Source of the DNA: Convolutriloba macropyga
Taxonomy: Eukaryota
Assembly (NCBI RefSeq): GCF_964194025.1
Contig: NC_134476.1
Span: 17,484,001 to 17,548,000, forward strand
Direction: 5' to 3'
Length of the DNA stretch: 64,000 nucleotides
Part shown: in pieces, positions 24,784-38,262 of the stretch
Layout: each line of letters opens with the position of its first letter
How positions within the stretch are numbered: position 1 is the stretch's first letter
Position numbers and translations under genes: made by a program
The notes under the pieces: model-generated
Seen by the model: only the letters and a program-made list of their open reading frames with translations
What the model was told of the DNA's origin: nothing
Database searches by the model: none

Positions 24784-25922
24784 AGGCTAAGTCCAAATTG
24801 AAGGGACAATAGATCGAAAGTGTTAAATTTTGGGAAAACTAGGACATTAGATAGAATGCGAACAGAAATTGTATAATACATTGCAATTGACATCTGTTAA
24901 CTCTTTGTTTTTTAATTTTTAAACGTGAATTTAGCTAGATTTGCCAGGTCACGCGGGTCTTGGCCCTGCCTGGAATGAAAAGTTTCATCAAGCACAAGCA
25001 AAACCTTTTGTGTACGGTTTCCATGAATATTTTACTATTCATTCTATTGTCCTATTTTGAATACGAAAATATTTCTTCAAAATTCCCACAAAAATAAAAA
25101 AAACGTACAAGTTTTCTCCCAAAAACAGTTTTATGAAATGGTTTTGGCTTCGCGAAACAACAATATGATCTTTGTTTGATAATCGAACAAATCATATGTG
25201 ATTTCTATGGTTACTCCAGATCATTTACTTTTTTGGATCATCAGAAACTTTTTGTGTCCGTCAACTGGTTGGTAGCAGGAGTTAAAAAGAATTCTCAATA
25301 TAAAAAAGTGGGCCCGTGCAACCAACAACATACAAGAACAAGATACAACAATAAAGCTTTGAATTTCTATAGCTATGAAGATATAAAGTTAAAAAGGATT
25401 GAATACAGACTTCAATAAATCATTTAGAGCAACAGTTTTTTTTGAGAAAAGCATCTCACTCATGATTTCAAATATTTGACGTCTTTTTTAGTTGGCACCT
25501 ATTATCTCCAACCATAAATACTGCAAATACAGCTTCTTGTCCAGGATTTCAAATAAATCGGAAAAGCATTTGAAATTTAGTAATTTAGAAATTAGAGCAC
25601 GAAAATGTAGTTTGCCGTCCAAGATTGCAGCTTTTCAGTAATATTTATTTTTATATAAAGCCTCCTATGGCCTATCTGTAAGTTTTTATTTGTGATACAT
25701 AACCGAGATTTTAACTGATCACTCCAAGTGATAAAAAATAGTGCAAAATTTAATCAATAGAGCTGCCTTCTAAGTTCAAAAAACTTTTTATTTGAATTAC
25801 ATTTAACATTCTTCTCTTAGTAGAACTAAATTAATTCGACTACTAAATGACCGATTTGCATTGTATTTTTATTCTACAACTTCAATCAAACCCACAATGA
25901 GTAAACAGCTAAGAAAGGGAAC

Positions 25923-26492
25923 CCCGGAGGATGGTGGTAGAGCAAATCAGCGCTGAATCAGTCTCGAGACATTCTGTTTTTTAGGATGGTCAGTACTCGG
26001 TTCAAGTCACTTTTTACACTGGCTAGTCTGATTATCGAGTAAAATTTACTTCATGAAAAATAATATGTTCAACTATAATCCGCCCAACAACGTTTGCTTC
26101 ATATCAGATTCGAAGTTCCGCGTCGGTACTTGTGACATTTACTTTGCGTAGCAAGTTGTAACCATGAGCTGAATGGGCTTTGTGGTAATTGCCTAAAAAA
26201 CAGCATGAGTATAAATAGTGTGTATACTGCTATAGTGATTACCAGATATACGCTACAAACGTGTGACATTAGTCTGCTCAGTCTCAAATTTGGGATTTGA
26301 GTAACTTTCAGACTATAGAGGATAAGTTTAGCCTGGGCGCACTCTATGAACTCAATATAATCATAATGAAGAAATACTGTCTATAAAGAAACTTTAAATA
26401 CTCTGGAGATACAATGTTTCAGAACTGAATTAATTTTTTTAAATTCAAATGTGCTGGTTCAGCGCTGAAATGCTCTGACACTCAAGTCCGGG
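25923..26492. mobile_element. MITE with CCCGGA...TCCGGG termini, TSD AC
   Basis: ac|CCCGGA..AGAGCAAATCAGCGCTGAA ... TTCAGCGCTGAAATGCTCT..TCCGGG|ac. An inverted truncated copy lies at 52872-53423. Confidence 0.75.
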
Positions 26493-28392
26493 ACTAAATT
26501 GGTTGGTTTCTGCTAGCTCAGTGTGAATGAAACCTAATAAAGTACCCAGCTTGACTTCAGAATTAAAGTTCTTTTAGATAAGTTAGCCCAAAAATATTCC
26601 CAAAAATTTTTAGGAAAAAATATCACCAACAAAAAATAATCATAATTTCTATCAAAATGGATTAAAAGTCAAATTTAGATTGAAAAAAGGTACCAGCTGT
26701 TGTTTTTGAGTGGGATAATTGAAAAAGGAACCCTATGCAGATTTTATTTTGATATTGAGAATAGTATTGATTTTCTGAATTCAGTGATGCTTTCGAGTTG
26801 GGCAAAATGGGCCAAAATATCAGATTGTACTCTGGTTTTCATAAAAAATGCTTTATTTCCAAAAAAAGAGAAGCATTATTTATCACCGAAACAATCTAAC
26901 AAAGCAATTCGGCAAAACATGCTGATTTTTAATGTCAAGAATAATACCTTTATGGGGAAAAGTGTTACATAATATATCAAAATAAATATCAAATCAATGA
27001 AAAGTAAGGAAATTGTGAACAAAAAAGTGAAAATCAGAGGATATTTCACAAAAAATTACATTTCGGAAACTCCCGAAAAAATAGGCGGCCACTGAGATGC
27101 CAAAAAGTTGTTGTCGTTGTAGTGAGAACCTTAACAATTCAATTGAGCAAAAATAACAGAAATATACAAAATATGGAACATAATTGGTTGATAAATTAAT
27201 TCATGAAGAATTAGCACTACGAAATTTGTCATTTATGCAAAGGACAAATTGTCAATTAGGATACAGTTTTCGTGAAAGAGGATCCAGCTCTAAAGGGTTA
27301 AACTTCTCCTTTTTTTCAACAGAGACAGATTCTATGGGAATCCAAATCTCGCCTCCGTTTGTTTCGTTGTGATACGTTTGATTGATTTCCAGACTTCCAG
27401 TTGAAATATTCAGTGATATACAAGGAACCTCTTTTATAAATAAATTACGTCAGATAAATTACTCCCAAACGACTACTGTCAAGGAATTGGTTTCAGCAGT
27501 AGCTACCGTGTGCTCAACTTAGGTCGAAATTGTTTTTGATCAGATTGTCGCAGACGAAATTGACCTCTGGAAAGAATATCGTGCGCTCGAAGTCCACTCG
27601 AAAGCCACCTCTAATCAGACTAAGAGTCACTCCTGATCATAATAATGCGTTCTCGAATCCGACTCTGAGCAGTCTGGTATGCGCTATTAATCTTGTTTCT
27701 GAACAGCACCATAACACTCCTGATGAGTCTTTGATCAGAAGGCTGCCGTATTGTTGCCACTTGGGAAAGCCACAATCGAGGACAAGGTTGGCGGGCGGAA
27801 ATGAGTTCCCGCCTGTACCGTGAAAAAGACCGACCTATTTTTGACAATGTTTTCAACGCTGGCCGAAAAATAGGCATCGAGAAAAATTGTGACCGATATG
27901 TTGAAGCAAATTCACTTTTTGTTGCAAATTTCTACAAACGCTTTTAAGTTCAAATTAGGTCTCGTATCGGAGCTTGAGAAACTGCATCTCTACATGCTCA
28001 TATTCTCTCGTAATTTATGATTTTTTTCTGAAAAGTTTATGTGCTATTTTTTTAGTAATGGTTTCGAGCCGCTTTAGTGTGGGAGAAACTAAGTTCTCAA
28101 ATGGGTTTTTTGTTAAGCTCCTGTACTGTGATTACGTGCTATCAGAGGCCGGACATTGATTGGTTAGCCCCGTTTACTGGGGATTTTTGGTTTCCGGCGG
28201 AGGACTTAATTATTCAACGTGAAATCAGTATCCTTAACGACTACAAACAATAAAGTATTTGAGGCCCCCGATATAAATTCTCTTGGAGTGTCACTGCTAA
28301 GAGTGCTTCATCGAGTCGAGATTTATATAATTTTTATTTTTGAGTTTCCGCTAACAGTGGTTAGCGGTGCATGAGGAACAGTATTTTTAATT

Positions 28393-29046
28393 ATGCCTAC
28401 AAGAGCGCAATTATCCAAGGACAAATTTGTCGAACGAGAAATTTCCTGCAGCACAGATACCCGCCCTGTTCTCACAAAAGTTTCTGTCCCCAAAAGTTTT
28501 GACTGCGCTAAACCGTTCATTTGCGGTTTTTGCGATATCCATAAGCAAAAAGAGCCAAAGAGTTATTCGCATGTTCTATTGGATAACGTGACGAAAGAGA
28601 ACAAAGCGGGGTCTTGCATTGCGAGAGAGATCCGTCAAGAGCGGAACGAACAAGAAAGCAAAAAGCTCAATCTTGTTATTAAGGGAAATGCGCCGTCCAG
28701 CTCGACAAATGATAAGGAGTGTGTTCAGAAATTAGCGCAAACGACTTATATTGTCCTTGACAGCGCTGATATTGAAACGAAAAGAATTGGGAAAATTATC
28801 GAACAGAATGGAAAGCAACTTCTTCTTGTCAAATTCAAATCCCAAATAAAGCGTAAACAGTTTCTTCGAAATTCGATCAAATTAAGGGACAACACATTTT
28901 ATTCCTCAGTGTTTGTTGATCTAGACCTTACTAAATCTGAACTTGAAGCTCAATATCAGCTTAGAGTTGAGAAGCGTACTCTACAAGACATGTACTCTGC
29001 GAAAGTATTCGTAATCAAAAACGGAAAAGTGATCGAAAAAAGATGA
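28393..29046 (+). CDS. LINE ORF1 protein (CR1/L2-group type)
   Basis: 217 aa with NLVIKG...KRIGK...LLLVKF...VFVDLDLTKSE motifs typical of CR1/L2-group ORF1; lies directly upstream of the APE-RT ORF2. Confidence 0.7.
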   Translation: MPTRAQLSKDKFVEREISCSTDTRPVLTKVSVPKSFDCAKPFICGFCDIHKQKEPKSYSHVLLDNVTKENKAGSCIAREIRQERNEQESKKLNLVIKGNAPSSSTNDKECVQKLAQTTYIVLDSADIETKRIGKIIEQNGKQLLLVKFKSQIKRKQFLRNSIKLRDNTFYSSVFVDLDLTKSELEAQYQLRVEKRTLQDMYSAKVFVIKNGKVIEKR

Positions 29047-31819
29047 CTACCCTGCGTATCGGGCGATGAAAACATAAGTAGCCAAAAAATTCTGCTTCAA
29101 TGTACAAAGCAAACTCAACTTACAAAAGCGCCTGAGTTTAGTCGAGCTTCTCTCGCAAAAAATGTCCGGCTTTAGTTTGCCTGGTTGAAACGTGGCTGGA
29201 TGACTCAACATCAGACTCTATGATTTTCAGTGGTTTGCTATATTCAGTTATTATCAGGTCCGACCGCAAAGAAGGTAAACACGGAGGCCTACTGCTGACC
29301 GCTCATAGCTCATTTCTACAAATGTTTGAGTTATTGGAAGCTAAAATAGACAATTTCTGCTTGAGCTGCTTATTCAGTAATAGCACAAAAATTTTTGGAT
29401 TCATTCTTTTATACTTACCACCCAGGGGCTCCAAGTATTTCATTCCAAGTTCAATGGCTGAAAGTTGCATAGTTGAGAGGTTTAATGAGATAACGCAAAC
29501 AGCTCACTTCGCCTAAAGACCTAAGTATAGCAATTTTGGGAGATTGCAATTTGCTTCACATAAATTGGGTAGAGTGCACAGCTGGAATGGCATATGAACA
29601 ATGTTTGGTTGATGCTTTGACGCAAGATTTGCGTTTGGAGCAAATTATCAGAACTCCGACCCACAGAAAAGGCAACTTTCTTTATCTCGTTTTTGTTACA
29701 CACTCAGATGCTTATGACTACGAAATACGGGATTTCCCGCTTTCCGACCATATCCCTGTTTCTTTAAACTACAATTTCATGCCGATTCCTTTATCGACTT
29801 TTTCATCAAACTTTTCGGCTTGTACCTTTAATCAGAATTTATTCAAAAGTAGCGTGTGTTCGCTGCACGTCTTTTTGTTCAGCGCGGACGAAAATTTTGC
29901 GTTGTTAGAAAACGCAGGAAAAGAAAGCAGTTCCCTTTCCCTTATAGCTCTTTAACGATGCACACGATCAACAAACTGGAAACAGCAAGACGCCAAAAGC
30001 GTTCCTCTACCAAACTCGAAAAGCTTGAAATTGATGTGAAAATCTTCATTGAGTTGGATAAAAAGTCTTTTACTGAATCCACAAATAACTTTACGACAAT
30101 CGATGCTTTTAAGATGCTAAAAAGTTTGGAAGGCCAAAATTCACTGCCAATTAAAATGACTAACTTTGAAAATTCTTCTAGATCAGATTTAGAGAAAGAT
30201 AATCTTTTTGATATCTTTTTTCATTCTGTTTACAAAAAATATTCTACTCCTACTTCTGCTCCGAATGAAATTGAGAGGCAGATATCCAGCTGTATGATTT
30301 GCTCGTGACTCCTGCACAGGTCGGAATTTTGCTGGAAAATGTCCCTCCGAGCACCTTGGCTGTTGCAGACGGTATACCGCCATTCGTTCTCAAGAAATGC
30401 GCTGTCACATTAGCTCCTCTAGTTCATTTAATGTTCAATAAGATACTATCTCTCCGCAAGTGGCCAACAATATGGAAGTGCTCCTTCATAACCCCAATCC
30501 ACAAGAAGGAGTCGAAAAACAGAGTTGAGAACTATAGACCCATTTCCATTTTACCCCGATTATCATTAGTTTTGGAGAAACTTCTTTTTGACTTCCTTTA
30601 CTCGAAATTCCACTGTAAATTGAGTAATCGGCAGCACGGCTTTAGAAAAGAACACTCATTATTTACTCAACTGCTTGTTTTTCTTGACGAAATTTATTTA
30701 TACCAGCCATGACAAAAACGTCAAACAGGTTAACATCTACTTGGATTTTGCAAAAGCTTTTGACAATGTAGACCCTGCAATCTTGCTTAAAAAGCTATCG
30801 TTGTACGGTCGTGACAATTATTTCTTGCAGCTTATGTTCTCATACTTAACCGGAAGATACCAGCGTGTTAACTTCAATAGAATATTGTCAGATGAAGTTG
30901 CGATTACCAATGGCGTTTCTCAAGGCAGTGTTCTTGGACCTCTGCTCTTTTTATTTTACATCGATCAAACGTTATCACTGCCGGAAACTTCCAGCTGTTT
31001 ATGTTTTGCAGATGACATAAACTTGTCATGTGCCACCTCTGACTTTTTTACTGACTGTCAGAGAGATCTCAATAAATTTGTAGACTGGTCTTCAGAAAAT
31101 TCTTTGAAATATAACACAGAGAAATGTGTTTGCTTTCATATCTCTGAAGCACACAATTGCGATTTCAAGATAGATCAGATTTCTTTACAGAAAGTTCACT
31201 TTACAACCATTTTAGGTGTTCAAGTTTTTAGCAGTTTGAAGTGGAGTAGGCACATACGTAATAAGCTAACGAAAGCTCAAAGAAGTTTCAATTGTCTCAG
31301 ACACAATGTGCCATATAGCCTACCAATAAAATCAAGCAAAATTTGTACACATCCTGCATTTTATCTATTCTCCTATACGCCTCTGTAGCCTGGTTTCCCG
31401 ATATTGGTCACTTGAGATTATTGGAAAAATTCTACAGGAGAGGATTGTGCTGGTGCTATGGAAAACGCAATTACATTTCAGCCCTGCAATATTCAGACAA
31501 CATACCTATCTGCTATCAGCTTATTGAGCGAGATCTTCGATTTTTCATTTCTATTCTGCAAGGGAAAACTTTTATCAAGTTTGAGGATTTTTTCACGCTC
31601 AAGATCAATTCCAGGGTTCAACGCAGCGAACACGCTAATCAGCTTGTCATCAACCCAACAATAAAGCAACTAACATCGAAACCTTTTTTCAAAAGGGTAC
31701 AGGTTTCTGTGAATGATTTTAACGAGATGGGACCTTTCAATATTTTAAAACCACCAGCGGACAACAAACGCCTCCTGAGATGGTCTTTCATAAACCTTCG
31801 TGACTCCAAGATTGAATAA
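29047..31819 (+). pseudogene. LINE ORF2 (APE endonuclease + reverse transcriptase), frameshifted
   Basis: Fragments CLVETWL, RSDRKEGKHGGLL, GDCNL, LSDHIPV, NYRPISILP, QHGFRK, YLDFAKAFD, GVSQGSVLGPLLF and FADD occur across at least 6 frame breaks. Confidence 0.92.
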
Positions 31820-31962
31820 AACTACACATGCACTTGGTCCATTAAATGTCGATGTACTTCCAGTCGATCTTAATTTTGTAAAATGTAAGTTTTTTTATTC
31901 TTTGTATCAATACCAAATTCATAGATTTTCATCAAACGATATGTTGAAACCCCTGATTGTGA

Positions 31963-32458
31963 NNNNNNNNNNNNNNNNNNNNNNNNNNNNNNNNNNNNNN
32001 NNNNNNNNNNNNNNNNNNNNNNNNNNNNNNNNNNNNNNNNNNNNNNNNNNNNNNNNNNNNNNNNNNNNNNNNNNNNNNNNNNNNNNNNNNNNNNNNNNNN
32101 NNNNNNNNNNNNNNNNNNNNNNNNNNNNNNNNNNNNNNNNNNNNNNNNNNNNNNNNNNNNNNNNNNNNNNNNNNNNNNNNNNNNNNNNNNNNNNNNNNNN
32201 NNNNNNNNNNNNNNNNNNNNNNNNNNNNNNNNNNNNNNNNNNNNNNNNNNNNNNNNNNNNNNNNNNNNNNNNNNNNNNNNNNNNNNNNNNNNNNNNNNNN
32301 NNNNNNNNNNNNNNNNNNNNNNNNNNNNNNNNNNNNNNNNNNNNNNNNNNNNNNNNNNNNNNNNNNNNNNNNNNNNNNNNNNNNNNNNNNNNNNNNNNNN
32401 NNNNNNNNNNNNNNNNNNNNNNNNNNNNNNNNNNNNNNNNNNNNNNNNNNNNNNNNNN
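31963..32458. other. Assembly gap (N run)
   Basis: Run of N. Confidence 1.
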
Positions 32459-32523
32459 CAAATATGAAATAAAGGCACGGTTGGCAACAAATACAAACAA
32501 AACAAGAAGAGTTATTTGTTTGG

Positions 32524-33575
32524 TTATTCTGTGAAGTGCTGTACGACGAAATTGTTGAAGGCATTCTTTGACCCGGTTGCTGCTTTCTCCTGCAATCTGG
32601 TGAACGATACTTTGTTTCGTACACAGTCTCCTTCGATTTGACTCATCCACGTTTTCCGTTGCCCCCCAGGAGCGCGTCTAGCATGGACGTATTGATCGGG
32701 CGGGTCCCAATCGAAGGCACTGCGGGCTAATCTTCCTGGTTCCATTCTCTGGATGTGTCCGTACCATTTTATCCGTTTGAGCATGATCATCGTGGATAGT
32801 TGGGGCATTCGTGATCTTGACATAATTTCTTCGTTCGTTGCTTTCTCCAGATATGACACACGTAGAATTCTCCGAAGACAACCACAGTGGAAACTCTCAA
32901 GTTTTCTCTCCATTAATTTCGAAAGAGTCCAAGTGTCTGAGCTGTACAGCACGGCTGATAAAACGAGTGCTTTGTACAAATTGCACTTGAGGTGCACGCT
33001 GAGCTGCTTGCTCTTCCAGAGATTTTGGAAGTTAGCAAACCGTTGTCTACCTTCTGCAAGTTTGCAATTGACTTCCTGCAGGTCTCCATGCTTGAGGCTG
33101 ACATATGATCCGAGATACTTGAACGCTTCTATGTTTTCAAACTCGTTTCCGAGAACATCTTGTACTTTGCAGGAAAACACGCGTGTGGCAACTGCTTTAG
33201 GTTTGCCACAGTATCTTGATTGGTGAACTTTTCGGCCATTGACTGTTTTGAACTTTCTTTCACACTTGTCACAGGTAAGGCTCGCCTCTAGTTGCTCGAA
33301 CTTTGACTTGTCGACGACATTCTTTGACAAACCGGCTTTGCAGAATCTTGTTTGGTGCAATTTGCGTCCGGTAACTGTACTGAATTGCCGCTGACAATTC
33401 TGACATCTTAAAGACTCTTGGTCAGCCACCACTGACCGACTCTCATTTTCTAGCGACTCTGAATCTGCTACCGCAGATTGTTGTTGTGAAGCTACCAACA
33501 CTGGCTTAGCCACCGCTAAGCTTTTCAATCTTAGCTTCCGGCCATCTTGTGTTTCGATCAAGCACGCTTTCTTTT
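32524..33575 (-). mobile_element. RTE-clade non-LTR retrotransposon 3' fragment with two CCHC-type zinc fingers
   Basis: Intact frame with FKYLGS...LYKALVLSAVLYSSDTWTL...LRRILRVSY...TNEEI...WYGHIQRM...GGQRKTW (RTE post-RT region), preceded by CxxC-x12-H-x4-C twice. Confidence 0.8.
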
Positions 33576-34285
33576 NNNNNNNNNNNNNNNNNNNNNNNNN
33601 NNNNNNNNNNNNNNNNNNNNNNNNNNNNNNNNNNNNNNNNNNNNNNNNNNNNNNNNNNNNNNNNNNNNNNNNNNNNNNNNNNNNNNNNNNNNNNNNNNNN
33701 NNNNNNNNNNNNNNNNNNNNNNNNNNNNNNNNNNNNNNNNNNNNNNNNNNNNNNNNNNNNNNNNNNNNNNNNNNNNNNNNNNNNNNNNNNNNNNNNNNNN
33801 NNNNNNNNNNNNNNNNNNNNNNNNNNNNNNNNNNNNNNNNNNNNNNNNNNNNNNNNNNNNNNNNNNNNNNNNNNNNNNNNNNNNNNNNNNNNNNNNNNNN
33901 NNNNNNNNNNNNNNNNNNNNNNNNNNNNNNNNNNNNNNNNNNNNNNNNNNNNNNNNNNNNNNNNNNNNNNNNNNNNNNNNNNNNNNNNNNNNNNNNNNNN
34001 NNNNNNNNNNNNNNNNNNNNNNNNNNNNNNNNNNNNNNNNNNNNNNNNNNNNNNNNNNNNNNNNNNNNNNNNNNNNNNNNNNNNNNNNNNNNNNNNNNNN
34101 NNNNNNNNNNNNNNNNNNNNNNNNNNNNNNNNNNNNNNNNNNNNNNNNNNNNNNNNNNNNNNNNNNNNNNNNNNNNNNNNNNNNNNNNNNNNNNNNNNNN
34201 NNNNNNNNNNNNNNNNNNNNNNNNNNNNNNNNNNNNNNNNNNNNNNNNNNNNNNNNNNNNNNNNNNNNNNNNNNNNNNNNNNNNN
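33576..34285. other. Assembly gap (N run)
   Basis: Run of N. Confidence 1.
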
Positions 34286-36528
34286 ATCGATAACCGTCGT
34301 AGAGAGTTGTGAGTAGTATCATTAGAAAGGCAGTCCAGCGTAGAATATGGAATTTAATAGATTTCTTTTTAATTTCGTTTATTACAGGGTGTTATTAAGA
34401 TTTCAAAAATGAGACCAAATATAAATTTAAGCCTGCTTTCTTTATAAATGCTGGTAATAGACACCTCAAAACTGCTATCATGTTCTTTGTAAGCTCAAAA
34501 AAGATCAAATTGTACTCTCGCTGGCTTCACGAGCTTTCTGGAAGTCCATTTTTACTGGTTTATTGCAAATTTAAACACGACAATTACATAATACGCATTA
34601 ATTTTTGGCTTACTGAGAAAATTTGTATAAAATATAATATTTCGAAACCATTATGAAGAATTACTTTTTCTCTTGGACGTGCAGTGATATCTGGTTTGGT
34701 ATTGATTTCACCATGGACCCTTCATAAAAAAAGATTTTCAATTTTATTGGGGCGCGGTATTTATTGAAAAAATTACCTTATTTATAATTTGTTATGTTAT
34801 TTATTGACACAAATTTGAAATCAGGACTCAATAAATGACAGTTACTATTAACCAGCAATTAAGATTCAACGAACATCTGTAATGATTTCGGGGTTAAGCT
34901 CATTGTTTTTTGGCTTTGACAAATGGTTTTCGTAAACTTTTTTGGTCTTCTAAAATTTGATTTCCTTTGTGGTACTTTGATGACCAATTAAAAAATATCC
35001 CGAAACAAAGAGCCAGTTAGTTTCAGAATGAGTTGCAAAGGAAAGTTTTCAGTTGATATCTAATGTCTGTTATCACAAAGACTATATTTGTTTTATAAAA
35101 CTTTCTGTAAATTTTTGAACTTTTTTGTCTTTTATCTTATTTCTCTCAACTGCTGGCGTAATCTCAGTAAAAACATGCCAACGTTCTCAGTAAAAACAGG
35201 CCAAAGTTCATTTCATTTGAGTTAAAATTTTTTGTTCAAAATGTTTTTATATTCAAATAATGGTTTTCATTCAACTAGTTTTCATTTTTTCAGAAATTTG
35301 AGCATATTTGCACATTTTACAGATTCATTTTTTAGGTGTCGAAATATCACATTATAAACAGGTCCTATTGAAGGAAGGCATAATTGGAAAGATGCGCAAT
35401 GTTGAAAACAGACGCAACTGAATATGTTAATTGTTTTCGTTGAATAGTTTAGGTTTTAGGGCAAAGACACAGTTCCAAAAATTTTGTGGATTTTTCCCGT
35501 TTTGTCCTCCTGTTTTTTGTTGTGCAATATATAACCGGCAATGATTGATACTAATTGCATCACCAGGTTGTATAACAGAACTATTTCGACTTCCGTTTAT
35601 AGCTTTTAAACGACTTTCAAAATTAACTTTGAAAAACTTTTCTTAACTGTCTCGTTTTTTCTCTCATTTGCGTCACCATGTAACACAAGGTCACAATTAA
35701 GAAGTCTTGTTGTTTCAAACATTATCTTCTCTGTTGGTTTTTTATTTTGACTGATCGCTTCGAAATTTCGATATTTTCCAGCTTTTGGGTTTCTTTTTGC
35801 TGTCATTTTATCTTAGTCCGCTTAAAAGTAAGACCCTCTGATTTTCACGTGAGAAGCAGTGATGACATATATTTTTCTAGATAACATTTTCTTAATTATA
35901 GCGCCTTGAGCACTTTGGTCTCAAAAACTAGTCTCATGAATAACAGGTCCAACTGCCTTCTTGAAGATTTGCACATTAATACCCGGATTTTTGTTGATAT
36001 CTTAACTTTGTAAAGACTTTTGACGATGTTTGTTTTCAAAAACTTATTTGGACTTTTGAACATCGCAATTCTTTTTCAAATCGTTTTTCGAACGTATTTT
36101 TGAACTCCGCATCTTGACGTTCTTTTTGTCCTGCTATTGCTCATTCGCTTTGAGGACAAGTCCCGTATATTTCTAATTAAGTGTAGATTAATCTGTTTTC
36201 TTTGGATTTTATCCGATGCAAATTTGACTTTATATTTTTTTATATTTGAAATTTCTATTTCTTTTGTGATATCATCGAGTTTTTAGGCGTGATTAATGTT
36301 TGTTATATATTTTTAACATAGTCTTTTCTAGAAATCCTATTAACAACAGATTTCCATAGCCAGCTAATGCAGATTTTTTTTTCACATTAGTGGTTTGTTG
36401 AACAATATGGATGTTTAGGAAAATTGATCATTTGGTCTTTTGATCTTTTGGCAGCCATTTAAGTCAAGAATGTGGATGAGTGGGGACGGAACATTATGTG
36501 CGAACGCATATTTTTGACCCTTCTGTTT
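34286..36528 (+). mobile_element. Helentron/HINE-like element, copy 3 (5' end lost in gap)
   Basis: The core (atcgata..cgtagagagttg..tatcattagaaag..gtccagcgtagaatatgg) begins right after the gap. The 3' end GGGACGGAAC plus ATGTGCGAACGCATAT is at 36483-36511. Confidence 0.6.
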
Positions 36529-37379
36529 AATTACTATGCAAATTTTGATTTTATAGCGTTCCTTTTTTTTATATTTCTGAGCTGGTATTCAAACAGATTT
36601 CGAATAGTGAAAAAAATCTACCTCGAGGAAACGATATTCAATTTCAATGAAAACTGATTTGTATTGAGAAACATACATAATCACTTATTAGCAGGTAATT
36701 CATGAACTCTATTTGAAGCTCGATAATCAGAATTATATATTTATGATATCATAAAACTGTACAAAAATATTCTCAAATTTCACAAACGTTAAAAACACTT
36801 CAAAAAATCTGATAAAAATTTTGTGCTCTCTTTAAAGCATAATAAACTTTGATTGGTGTTCTAGCATTTATTAATTTTCGTAAAACACAGCCTTCAATGT
36901 CTGAAACAAAAATGCATTTTAGCGGGGAGTACAAAAGGAAACACGATATTTCTTTGAGAGCTCTATTATTTATTTTAAAGAGTAGAGAGTATAATCGCAA
37001 TTTAAAAATTTAAAGAAAACATTCGTTAGAATTTCAGAGTATCGATAGATATCATTATCGCTCATTTAAAATAACTAATGAGTTCAATATTATTGTTTTT
37101 TACTGGCCGTGACATAAGCTCTTTCTTTTTAACACCTTCTCTTCGAAAATCTTTGTCTTTACCTAGTTTTCGTATTCTAGACAGTCATCTAAAAAAGTCA
37201 CATTTTAATTAAAAACAACATCACCCCGATAAATTCTGCAATATAAGTGAGTTATGTTTGTTCTTCCCAGGCGACCCTGCGTTGAGTTCAATTTGATAAA
37301 ACAGACCATTTCTAAAGGCAAGCAAGGGGCTCAATAAGAATGTATTTGATCAAAACATCAAATAAACTATTACATTAAC

Positions 37380-38252
37380 TGTAGAATTTATTATTTAAAC
37401 CAGAATAATAGTCGGGGAGACAATACCACCGAAACTCCTAACACGAAAAGTATATTTAGGGTAGAAAATTTTTCTTCAAAGTCTACACACAATGTCCCCG
37501 TTTTGCTTGGAATCAATTCAACTGCCCAAAAGTAAATTGATGTTACTCGAAAGAACAAATAAACAAATTCTGATTAAATTACTTGACTTTTAAGCAACAG
37601 AAAAATAATTCAATTCATTAACACAATTAGGTAATTCAAATTGGCATTCATCTAATGGAATCACCACATATTAGAACGCGTGAACACCAAATTTGTTCAA
37701 ATCGCTGCTGTAGACTACAACAAATGTTTCTCCCATTACGTAACGTTTGCTATGACTTCAAACGAACAATTAATGACCTGAACGCCTTCTTTACACATTA
37801 CTAACTTCCACTCAAGATATTCAAACTAAAACAAAAGCAGTATCAGACTTATGACGCTAACAATTAATCAATCGATCAACCAGTCAACTAGAAAAATGTC
37901 CTTTTTTGGAAGTTTAATGTCGCCCACGGTATCTGTAAAACAGATATGTAAAAGTGACAACCTGACCCAATATATGTTCTTACTCCCTGCCAAATTTGAT
38001 CATGCTGAGGTTAATACCTGATGATAACTATTTTTTATGTACTTGGCCCCCTCAGAAAATCAATATTGCACCCATTCAATTTCAAAAACAGCCTATTACC
38101 GCTCCATAGAATCCTGGTTCGCCAAATGGCTTTGAATTACAAGCCAACAGTCCTACCAACAATTTGAAGGAAACCGGTTTTCCAAAACTAAAAATCTATC
38201 ACTTTCAATTACGACATTTTTGTGATAAAAGTAGGATTTTCCAAATTCTACA
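37380..38252 (-). repeat. 3' LTR
   Basis: Terminal inverted repeat TGTAGAATTT...AAATTCTACA; colinear with 46167-47286. Confidence 0.88.
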
Positions 38253-38262
38253 CTCATCCCTT
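38253..38262 (-). promoter_or_regulatory. Polypurine tract
   Basis: Minus-strand AAGGGATGAG abuts the 3' LTR. Confidence 0.6.

Larger units (their letters stand above)
28000..31962 (+). mobile_element. Near full-length decayed CR1/L2-group non-LTR retrotransposon
   Basis: ORF1 and ORF2 are in canonical order. The 5' limit is approximate and the 3' end runs into the gap. Confidence 0.85.

Noticed and set aside
31800-34322. ORFs of 211-255 aa consisting mostly of X
   Set aside because: Artefacts of N gaps.
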